Assembly: GCA_964448115.1 (NCBI GenBank) | Contig: CAYUVA010000008.1 | Coordinates: forward strand, 1 to 64,000 | Origin: an uncultured bacterium | GTDB taxonomy: Bacteria > CAYUVA01 | Length of the DNA: 64,000 nucleotides | Direction: 5' to 3' | Part shown: one piece after another, positions 21,586 through 30,400 of the stretch | How positions within the stretch are numbered: the first letter of the stretch is position 1 | How the letters are laid out: the number at the start of each line of letters is the position of its first letter | The notes under the pieces: generated by a model | What the model was told of the DNA's origin: nothing | The model's input: only the letters and a program-made list of their open reading frames with translations | The model's database searches: none | Made by a program: the position numbers and the translations under genes

Positions 21586-22701
21586 ATGAGTAAACAGATG
21601 TACATAGAGCCGAAGACAGACTTTATCAAGGATATCATCGACCTTGGCGGTCAAGACCTTAAGAAGTGCTATCAGTGTGCTACCTGCTCGGTGCGCTGTG
21701 CCATCTCGCCGGATGAGAATCCCTTCCCCCGCAAGGAGATGATCTGGGCGCAATGGGGTCTGGAGGACAGGTTGATCGCCGACCCGGATGTCTGGCTTTG
21801 CCACCAGTGCAACGACTGCACATCATATTGTCCCCGCAAAGCCAAGCCGGGTGATGTGCTCGCCGCCATCAGGCGCTATACAATCAAGCATTACAGCAAG
21901 CCGAAGGCATTGGTAGAGTTCATCAACGACAGGGCTAACCTGCGCTGGCTTTTCATCATACCAGCCATAATCATCTTTCTTTTCGTGGTCGCCTTTGGCA
22001 GCCTCTTTCCGGCTGGGGATGTGGAGTACAGCCATTTCTTTCCGCATGCTCCTTTGATCTTTTTGTACACACTGGCATTCGGATTAGCAGTGGTCTCGGC
22101 GGTGAATGGCGGTTACCGCTACTTCAATGACATGATGATCACCAACAATGCCAAGCCGAAACGGAGCCTGAAGGATGCTATATGGCTGACCTTGAAGGAG
22201 ATCTTCACCCACGACAAGTTCAAGGACTGCACCACCAGCAACTACCGCTACTTGGCTCATCTAGGGATGTTTTATGGCTTCATCGGGCTGCTGATCACCA
22301 CTGGCTGGGCGGTGATCATGCTGTATGTCTTCCACTACTACCCCTTGAAGTTCTACGATCCTTTCAAGCTGCTAGGTAATCTTGCCGGGCTAATCTTCAT
22401 TCTAGGGTTGTTCATGGCGATCAAGTACCGCCTGGAGGAGGATGAGGACCGCGGGGTCAACACCTACTTCGACTGGGTGTTTTTGTATGTGTTAATCGGG
22501 GTTATCGCCACAGGCTTCATCGTCGAGTTCTCGCGCTGGATAAATGTGCGCATCTTCGCCTATCCTAGCTATTTCGTTCACCTTGTCTTGGTGTTCTTCC
22601 TGCTGATTTACTTCCCCTACACCAAGTTTGCACACATCATCTACCGCACGGTGGCGATCCTTTACTCGAAATACACCGATAGAGCCAAAGAGATAAGGTA
22701 A
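21586..22701 (+). CDS. qmoC: QmoC (HdrC-like Fe-S domain plus cytochrome b membrane domain)
   Basis: CYQCATCSVRC, FPRKEM.WAQWG, WLCHQCNDC..CPR, TM helices, PYTKFAH..YR. Confidence 0.95.
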   Translation: MSKQMYIEPKTDFIKDIIDLGGQDLKKCYQCATCSVRCAISPDENPFPRKEMIWAQWGLEDRLIADPDVWLCHQCNDCTSYCPRKAKPGDVLAAIRRYTIKHYSKPKALVEFINDRANLRWLFIIPAIIIFLFVVAFGSLFPAGDVEYSHFFPHAPLIFLYTLAFGLAVVSAVNGGYRYFNDMMITNNAKPKRSLKDAIWLTLKEIFTHDKFKDCTTSNYRYLAHLGMFYGFIGLLITTGWAVIMLYVFHYYPLKFYDPFKLLGNLAGLIFILGLFMAIKYRLEEDEDRGVNTYFDWVFLYVLIGVIATGFIVEFSRWINVRIFAYPSYFVHLVLVFFLLIYFPYTKFAHIIYRTVAILYSKYTDRAKEIR

Positions 22702-22711
22702 TAAAATCTGG

Positions 22712-22745
22712 AAACCCCCTCGGAATTGCTTCGAGGGGGTTTTTT
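22712..22745 (+). terminator. Rho-independent terminator after qmoC
   Basis: AAACCCCCTCGGA-attgc-TTCGAGGGGGTTT followed by a T tract. Confidence 0.85.
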
Positions 22746-22839
22746 AGATATATAACAAGATGGTTTGGAACATTAATGTTTCAAGATTGGAACAACTTAT
22801 GTTTCACACAGAACATGTAACAGCTTTGGAGAGTTAAAT

Positions 22840-23772
22840 ATGGGAGCTAGTCTGCTATACCTGTTGGTCTATGTATCGATAATCGTCTTCGTGGTAATGC
22901 TGGTAAGAAAGGGCATGAAATATGCCTCGACTCCGATTCATCTCAGGTGGGAGCTGTACCCGGTTGCTCATGAAGCCGAGCATGGCGAGCATGGCGGTTC
23001 TTACTTCGAGAATCTGGATTGGTGGACAAAGCCGATCAAGAAATCGCTGATCGGAGAGCTGAAGGCGATGATCCCGGAGATGCTCTGGATCAAGACGCTA
23101 TACGAACACAACCGCAGCATGTGGTACTTCTCTTTTCCGTTTCACCTCGGCTTATACCTGCTAATCGGTCTATTGGGGCTTCTGTTCATTGGTGGCATAT
23201 TCAATGTCTTCGGGGCTGCTGTTGCGCCTGGAAGCGGTGGACTGACCGCCCTGTTATACTACCTAACCATTGGGGTAGGATTTCTTGGCTTGACATTAGC
23301 TACTGCCGGCTGCATCGGCTTGTTGGCAAAGCGCCTATCAGACGAGAAGCTAAGGCAATACACCGCCTTCAAGGACTTTTTTAACCTGGCATTCATCCTG
23401 CTTGTCCTGTTGAGCTGGCTGTTCAGTTGGCTCTTTGTCGATCATGGCTTCGGTATGGCAAGGGAATTCGTTTCCAACCTGATCGCCTTCAAGGTAAAAG
23501 CTGGAATCCCCAGCGCAGCGGTAGGCTTACAGATGGCATTGCTTGCACTGCTGTTGAGTTACATGCCGTTTACCCACATGATGCACTTTTTAGCTAAGTA
23601 TTTCACCTTCCACCGTGTGCTTTGGGAGGATGAGCCTAACCTGGTCGGCAGCAAGCTGGAGGGCAAGGTTAAGGAGGTGCTCAGCTTCCCGGTGAGCTGG
23701 TCTGCGCCTCATATCAAGGGAGATGGGAAGAAGACCTGGGCTGAGGTTGTTAATGAAGAGATAGAAGAATGA
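22840..23772 (+). CDS. dsrM: DsrM-like membrane cytochrome b (NarI family)
   Basis: HLRWELYPVAHE, GGSYFE..DWW, FPFHLGLY, PFTHMMHF.AKYF.FH.V.W.DEPN, SWSAPHI. Confidence 0.88.
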   Translation: MGASLLYLLVYVSIIVFVVMLVRKGMKYASTPIHLRWELYPVAHEAEHGEHGGSYFENLDWWTKPIKKSLIGELKAMIPEMLWIKTLYEHNRSMWYFSFPFHLGLYLLIGLLGLLFIGGIFNVFGAAVAPGSGGLTALLYYLTIGVGFLGLTLATAGCIGLLAKRLSDEKLRQYTAFKDFFNLAFILLVLLSWLFSWLFVDHGFGMAREFVSNLIAFKVKAGIPSAAVGLQMALLALLLSYMPFTHMMHFLAKYFTFHRVLWEDEPNLVGSKLEGKVKEVLSFPVSWSAPHIKGDGKKTWAEVVNEEIEE

Positions 23773-23828
23773 GCCTAGTGTTCAAATGACTAAAGATTAA
23801 CGACTAACGATTATTCGAGGTTGAATTG

Positions 23829-25463
23829 ATGAGCAAATCGACAATGGAAAAGACCAAGAAGAAAGTAACCATACAAGATCTGAGCAGGCAGACCGAGGAG
23901 AATCTTATCGACATTAAGGCTGAGGATCTCATGCCCCTGCCCCCGCCTTATGACAAGCCGGAAAATGATCCCCTGTTCACCGAGCTGAAGGATGTTTACA
24001 AGGAGAAATACGAGACCTCGCTGGATGGCACGGTTGCCGTTGGTATCGAGCGTCCTTCCTCCAAAGAGCAAGAGGAACTCCTGGTGCAGAAGTTCCTTTC
24101 TGGCTTGCAAAAGCTGCTTTCCAAGACAGACAACTGGACATTCTTGCAGCCATTGATGCTGACCTTGGAGAACTGCGCCAAGTGCCAGACCTGCTCGCTT
24201 GCCTGTCCGGTCTTCGAGTCGAGCGGGCAGCAGGAGATCTACCGCCCCACATTCCGTTCCGAGGTGCTAAGAGCCATAATCCGCAAGTATCTATCTCCTG
24301 GTGGCAAGTTCTTCGGACGCTTCAATGGTAGCAACATCGACCTTAACTGGAAAACCATTGCCCGGCTCGCCGAACTTAGCTATCGATGCACCCTGTGCCG
24401 AAGATGCGCCAAGACATGCCCCATGGGGCTGGACAACGGTCTGGTTACCCATGAGCTGCGCAAGCTGTTCAGCCAGGAGCTGGGCATCGCCGCCAAAGAG
24501 TTACACGAGAAAGGATCAGTACAGCAGCTAAAGGTCGGCTCCAGCACCGGCATGACCAAGGCGGTACTTATGGACTCCATGGAGTTCATAGAGGACGACA
24601 TCAAGGAGATGACCGGCTTGGACATCAAGATGGTCTGGGATAAACCTAATGCCGATGTGCTACTCATCCACAACGCCGGTGAGATCCTCTCCTGGCCGGA
24701 GAATCCAGCCGCCTTTGCCATCCTGTTCGAGGCAGCGGGGATAAGCTGGACGATGAGCAGCGACCTGGTCGCCTATGACGCGGTAAACTATGGGCTATGG
24801 TATGATGACTTCCAGCTCGCCCGAGTAGCCTACAAGCATGTAGAGGCAGCCAAGAAGCTCGGCGTCAGGAAGATCATCATCGGCGAGTGCGGTCATGCCC
24901 ACAAGGCGCTAACAGTGGTCGCTGACCGCGTATTTCACTCCGAGTATAATGTGCCTAGGGAAAGCTCGATGACCTTCCTGGAGTACATCGTAAACAGCGG
25001 AAGGATAAAGTTCGACAGGGAGAGGAACAACTTCCCGGTAACCCTGCATGACCCGTGCAACCTAGTCAGGCTGATGGGAGTGGTTGAGCCGCAGAGAAGG
25101 ATACTGCGCAAGATCTGCACAGACTTCAGGGAGATGAGTCCACACGGAGTAGATAACTACTGCTGCGGAGGAGGATCCGGCTTTGCCATTATGAGCCCAT
25201 TCAACTTTATGGACTGGAGAGCGGTAATCTCAGGGCGCATGAAGCTAAAGCAGGTGCTCGATGTATTCGCCGATGTAATTGATCCCAGCATAAACAAGTA
25301 CCTGTGCGCACCATGTTCCAACTGCAAGGGACAAATCAGGGACCTGTTCCAATACTATGATGTCTGGGATAAATGCCGCATCAACTATGGTGGACTGGTC
25401 GAGCTTATGGTTAACGCCATGACCGACCTGAAAGATCCCTTCATCGAATGGGAATGGCATTAG
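23829..25463 (+). CDS. dsrK: DsrK-like CCG-domain Fe-S oxidoreductase
   Basis: CAKCQTCSLACP, CTLCRRCAKTCP, GECGHA, HDPCN, NYCCGGGSG, APCSNCKGQ; follows dsrM. Confidence 0.88.
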   Translation: MSKSTMEKTKKKVTIQDLSRQTEENLIDIKAEDLMPLPPPYDKPENDPLFTELKDVYKEKYETSLDGTVAVGIERPSSKEQEELLVQKFLSGLQKLLSKTDNWTFLQPLMLTLENCAKCQTCSLACPVFESSGQQEIYRPTFRSEVLRAIIRKYLSPGGKFFGRFNGSNIDLNWKTIARLAELSYRCTLCRRCAKTCPMGLDNGLVTHELRKLFSQELGIAAKELHEKGSVQQLKVGSSTGMTKAVLMDSMEFIEDDIKEMTGLDIKMVWDKPNADVLLIHNAGEILSWPENPAAFAILFEAAGISWTMSSDLVAYDAVNYGLWYDDFQLARVAYKHVEAAKKLGVRKIIIGECGHAHKALTVVADRVFHSEYNVPRESSMTFLEYIVNSGRIKFDRERNNFPVTLHDPCNLVRLMGVVEPQRRILRKICTDFREMSPHGVDNYCCGGGSGFAIMSPFNFMDWRAVISGRMKLKQVLDVFADVIDPSINKYLCAPCSNCKGQIRDLFQYYDVWDKCRINYGGLVELMVNAMTDLKDPFIEWEWH

Positions 25464-25537
25464 GGAAGGCTTGAGGCTTGAGGAGAATGATGATCGTTCA
25501 AAAGTCTTGATACCGAATAGAATAAGGAGAATAGAAG

Positions 25538-25930
25538 ATGGCAAAGAAGATACTGGTGATCGATGATGAAGAGGATGTAAGGGTTTACCTTTCCAGCCTG
25601 CTTGAGGATAACGGGTACGAGGTGCTGGTCGCTGAGGATGTCGATAAGGCAAAGGAACTCATGGAAAAGGAGAAGCCAGATCTAATGACATTGGATCTGA
25701 TGATGCCCGGCGAGTCGGGAGTCAAGTACTACCGTGAGCTGCGAAAAAGCGAGCAATATAAGGATTTCCCAGTCATCATGATCACAGGCGTTACCCCGGA
25801 GAACTTTCCTATGATGGACTTCAAGAAGTTCATCTACAGCCGAAAGACCGTAAAGGGACCCGAGGACTTCATCGAGAAGCCAATAGACAAGGAGAAGCTG
25901 CTCGCCGCAATCAAAAAATTGCTTTCCTAA
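25538..25930 (+). CDS. Stand-alone response regulator receiver
   Basis: ILVIDDE, PDLMTLDLMMP (phospho-Asp), IMITG, FIEKP. Confidence 0.92.
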   Translation: MAKKILVIDDEEDVRVYLSSLLEDNGYEVLVAEDVDKAKELMEKEKPDLMTLDLMMPGESGVKYYRELRKSEQYKDFPVIMITGVTPENFPMMDFKKFIYSRKTVKGPEDFIEKPIDKEKLLAAIKKLLS

Positions 25931-26105
25931 TATTGGACTAAGCAAAGACGCATGGGATAATTCAACTGATCAAAAGTCTGAATAGTTGTAAACACAAGAC
26001 CATGCTAGTGCAGGAAGGATGCCTAGGTTACTGTCATAAACAGAAGCATACACTAATAAATATCTTCATCTTTGCGCAAGTTAGTTACTAGTTATCTAGT
26101 TCCTT

Positions 26106-26131
26106 CTTTGCGTCTTTGCGTCTTTGCGTGA
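26106..26131. repeat. (CTTTGCGT)3 octamer repeat
   Basis: CTTTGCGTCTTTGCGTCTTTGCGTGA; same family as 48563 and 53670-53733. Confidence 0.8.
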
Positions 26132-26164
26132 TTCTCTTTCCTTTGCTGATTTGCTATCTTTACA

Positions 26165-27418
26165 TTGATGATGCGAGGCTTAGTCAACCTTTCAGCTCTG
26201 ATTGCCACAAGTTTAGCTGTGATCTTCTTTTTACCGAAGTTTAGAGAATCTTCACTCTTTGCCCCAACCGATGAGCGGATTTATCTTAGATTCTCGGATA
26301 TCTTGCATCATGCCATCATCAAGACTTCAGAGGGCGAGGAACTCAAGATAAGCCAACCAGGCTCTGTTTTGGGACAGATAATATATTTTAAGTTTGAGGG
26401 CAAAACTCAAGAAGCGATCAATGCAGAGCCTCCAACGACCATTATGTTCAAGGGATTGCCAATACCTCCAGGTGCCGTGATGAAATTCGGCGTGCTGGTG
26501 AAAGACCTCCAGTTTGCAGAAACAAATGATGAGGTCATATTCAGGGTTAAGGTGGATCAGAGGATCGAATATGAGCAGAAGATTAAATGGGGGGACAGGC
26601 TTGCCTCACAGAACTCCGACTATGCCTCGATATCTTTACTCCCTTTTTGGAATAAGCGATCTGATATCATGTTTCAGACCGAGGTCGTTGATGCCAATAT
26701 GACCGGCTCGTGCCAGGCTGCTTGGATAGCACCTAGACTGGCAATAATTGATGATAGCTCCAAGCCTGGTCAAGCACTCAAGTGCAAAGAGAGTGAACTA
26801 GTAATCCTGCTGGATGGAGCCTCGTGGAAAATGTTCTTACCAATGATAAAGATAGGTCGCGTTCCTTGCATGGCAAAGTTTTATTCTTATGGCTACGATT
26901 TTACATATACGAGTGAATCAGTAGCCCAATATATACAAGAATCAAAAAGAGCTATCGGCTTGATTAACCTGGGATTGGAAAAAGAGATTCCACTCAAAGG
27001 CGGATATCATGTAGAGCTGGTTCCAACGAGCAATAAAAATCAATTACTCCTTGAGGTAATCCCCCAGGATCTCACAGGGCAGCTCGAGCAGCTAATTGCT
27101 GATAGTAATGAAATAGGGGAGATCTTGAGATCATGTCAGATGCCAGGTATGTTAGCAGGTGTCGTATCAGAAGACCTGAGCACCTATCGTATCGCAGATT
27201 ACCTTCTTACTCGCTACCCCAATGAGCAAACGATAATCAGATTCAAGGGATTGAAGCCTGTAATGACTGAATATCAACGGGCAGTTCAAGAACAGGCGGC
27301 GAGCATCCCCGGGGCATACGGTTACGCTCAACTGCTAGGCGAGGCAATAGGCAACCTTTATTTATTATCCATGATTGATCCAGAGCAAAATAGATTATTT
27401 TTAGGAAATATTCTTTAG
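26165..27418 (+). CDS. Hypothetical membrane-anchored protein with a degenerate alkaline-phosphatase-superfamily segment
   Basis: N-terminal TM; LVILLDGASW..F.PMI..G..P resembles the start of phosphodiesterase/sulfatase domains. Confidence 0.45.
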   Translation: MMMRGLVNLSALIATSLAVIFFLPKFRESSLFAPTDERIYLRFSDILHHAIIKTSEGEELKISQPGSVLGQIIYFKFEGKTQEAINAEPPTTIMFKGLPIPPGAVMKFGVLVKDLQFAETNDEVIFRVKVDQRIEYEQKIKWGDRLASQNSDYASISLLPFWNKRSDIMFQTEVVDANMTGSCQAAWIAPRLAIIDDSSKPGQALKCKESELVILLDGASWKMFLPMIKIGRVPCMAKFYSYGYDFTYTSESVAQYIQESKRAIGLINLGLEKEIPLKGGYHVELVPTSNKNQLLLEVIPQDLTGQLEQLIADSNEIGEILRSCQMPGMLAGVVSEDLSTYRIADYLLTRYPNEQTIIRFKGLKPVMTEYQRAVQEQAASIPGAYGYAQLLGEAIGNLYLLSMIDPEQNRLFLGNIL

Positions 27419-27488
27419 TCTATTCCCCTATTATCCCTTATCATTTTCTTGTTTATGTTGTCATAAATTCGGAATTGTTTGACCGATC

Positions 27489-30400
27489 TCAATCCTCACT
27501 ATTCAGGTATGGATAGAGAAGACTTTCGGTGCCTGACTCCCCGCGGGCGATAAGCTCGATGAGATATTGACCTACAGCAGCGCCAACGCCTACATCAGCG
27601 CTGAAGACATACAATCCATCGCCTGCCACATCCCCAGGGTAGGTGCCATCATCATAGAGGAACACTCCCAATGGCTGACCGCCCAGCGCCATCTCCATCT
27701 CGCTGATCTGGTCCGTGGTGAAGGCGACCAGCATTAAAAATCCGCCGTTTGAGCTGCTTAGCCTGGTATTCATGTAACCACCGAGCATGATTACCGGTGG
27801 TGGCGCCTCGGTCGGCGTTGCGGTCAATGTCGCTGTCGGGGTTGGCTCTACGCTAGGCGTTAAGGTCGGTGTATAGGTCGGAAGAATGGTCGCCGTGGGA
27901 GTCGAGGTGGGTACGGTCGGTGTGGCAGTAAATGTGCTGGTGGGAATCAGCGTGGCGGTTGATGTTGCTGTGGTAGTAGGAGTTGGTGTCGCTTCAGGGG
28001 TATTAGTTATGGTTGGGGTGCTGGTCGGTGTTGAGCTTGGCTCGGCAGTTGGCGTGATAGTCGGTGTGCTGCTCGGCGCACTGGTCGGCGTTTGAGTGGA
28101 GGTCGGCGTATCGCTCGGTATTGGGGTTGCGGTCAGGGTTTGGGTCGGTGTGCTGCTCGGCGCACTGGTCGGCGTTTGAGTGAAGGTCGGCGTAGCGCTG
28201 GGAGGCACTAGAGTAGGTGTATTAGTAGCTGTCACGGTTGCGGTCGGACTGGCTGTCGAAGTTGTGGTCGGTGTTAGAGTCGCAGTCGCGCTCGGCACTG
28301 CGGTTGGGGTTGTTGTCGGGGTCATACTAGGCAAGTCTGTCGCTGTGGCGGTCGGTGTAGCCGTGTTCATAATTGTTGGTGTTGCGGTCGGAAGCGGCTG
28401 CTCAAAGGTTATAACCAGATTATAGTCCCCAGCGCAGCCATTGTAGCCATCCACTACAAGGTAATAATCCCCTGCCGAGAGCGTATTGCTCCTGAGATGC
28501 TCATCACCCCACAGGATACAAGAGTTCTCGTGGCATTCCTGGAGGAGGAAGATGTCTATATCGCATAGAAAATCGTACTCCAGGATTGATTCAATAATAA
28601 AATCGTTAGCTTGGCTAAAGGAATAGACTATCTCCGGCGCATCCATCTTTAACGGATGGCATGATGTGTATTTCTCTGCATTATTGCTGCCATTGTTCGT
28701 ATTGCCCTTGTAGGTGCCATCGCCTGTAATAGGAGTCGCTTCAGTGCAGACTAGGTAGCCGGTCGGCGTCGGCTGTCGCAGGACATCGAGGTCAAGCTCA
28801 TAGATAGGTCCCTGTGCATCATCGACTACAGCCCACAAGCTATCTTCATCCACTGCCAGTCCACTTATGCCGACATCGAACGGGAAGCCATCATAAGCAG
28901 CCAGGATCTCTCCCGAGGTAGTGAAGTGATAAAGATTTCCGCTCTCCCAGCCGCCGAACCAGAGGGTCTGATCATAAGGATCGTAAGCCATGCCGAACTC
29001 CCAGCCGCCAGAGGGGGACTTGAAGCTATCTACCAGGTTGCCATGAATATCGAACCTGCCGATGAAAGAGTAGTCGGTGAAAAGCTCGGCATCGAGGATA
29101 TTCTGCCAGAAGTGGCTTCCATCATAGGCGAGATCAGCCGGGAGCCCATACGCATAGAATCCATGATGGAACAGATCATACAGATCCATGGACCTGCCAG
29201 TAATGTTGCCATCTGTGTCGATCTCATAATTTGAGTATGTCTGATCAGCCGAGTACCAGACGGTCATCTCCTTGATGTCGTTCACGCAGGCAACACCATA
29301 TATCTGCGCATAATCAGCCGGATACGAGTAAAGCATAATGCCATCTTCGGTAATCACATCTATAGCGTTCAGGCTTTCATCCGCTACCCAGAGCCACGAA
29401 CCATCATGTCCTATACCAGCTCCAGACCATAGCTCGGGACCAGGATGCTTGAAACATTTGCTCACATAACTTGGTACATCTCTCAAGATCGCCTTAATTC
29501 GATAGGTTCCCACATCGCCCTCGAATCCATCCACCACTATGAAGTAGGTCTGTGCCAGGGCAGGGAAGTCGATAATGAAATCATCATCGGTATCCTCGTT
29601 GGTGGCATAAGCCAGGCATCGCTGTTCGCTGCACGAATCGAGCAGGAACATATCGAGATTGGCAGACAGCATGGTCAATTGAAGATCCAGGATCGAGCAA
29701 TCGGGTATCGTTATAGTGTGAATGATCTCCTTGCCCCAATAGTCTCTATAGGTGCAACTGTACTCCTCAACTCGATTATAGCCTGTATTCGTATCCCCAT
29801 AGTAGGCGACACCTGGGGTGAGCTGCACCACCGGTGAGCAGGTCATTGCCGGAGTGGCAGTGTTGGTCGGGGTTGGAGTAGCAGTCGGCGTGGCAGTGGC
29901 AACCTCGGTGGCAGTCGGGGTGGCGGTCGGGGTGGTGCCGGCTTTGAGGATATCGATGTCAATGCGCAGGATCTCGTTATCCGGCGATTCTATAGACACA
30001 TAAAGGTCGTTCTGAGATGTATCTATGCCCAAACCATTTATGCCGGCATTAAACGGGTAGTCGGTGTAGTAGCCCAGTACCGAGCCGCTAGTAGTGGTAT
30101 GATACAAGGCTCCGCTGCCGCCGCCGAACCACAGCGTGTTGTCCGAGGTATCGTAGCACAACCCCCACTCCAAGGTGCCCGATGGTGTGTTGAAGCTAGA
30201 TATCACATTGCCGGCAAAGTCCATCTGAACGATCTTGTACTCCTCTGGGAATACATTGACCACCGTCTGCCAGAGATAGGTTCCATCGAAGCCCATATCA
30301 AATACAAGCCAGAACTTGAACTGGCTCCAGAAGTCTATGTATGAGCCGGTGGGGCTTCCATCTGTATTTATCTCGAAGTCCATATCATCCGATGAGAACC

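Noticed and set aside
27886-28425. Val/Gly-rich plus-strand ORFs
   Set aside because: Antisense reading of the Pro/Thr linker codons.
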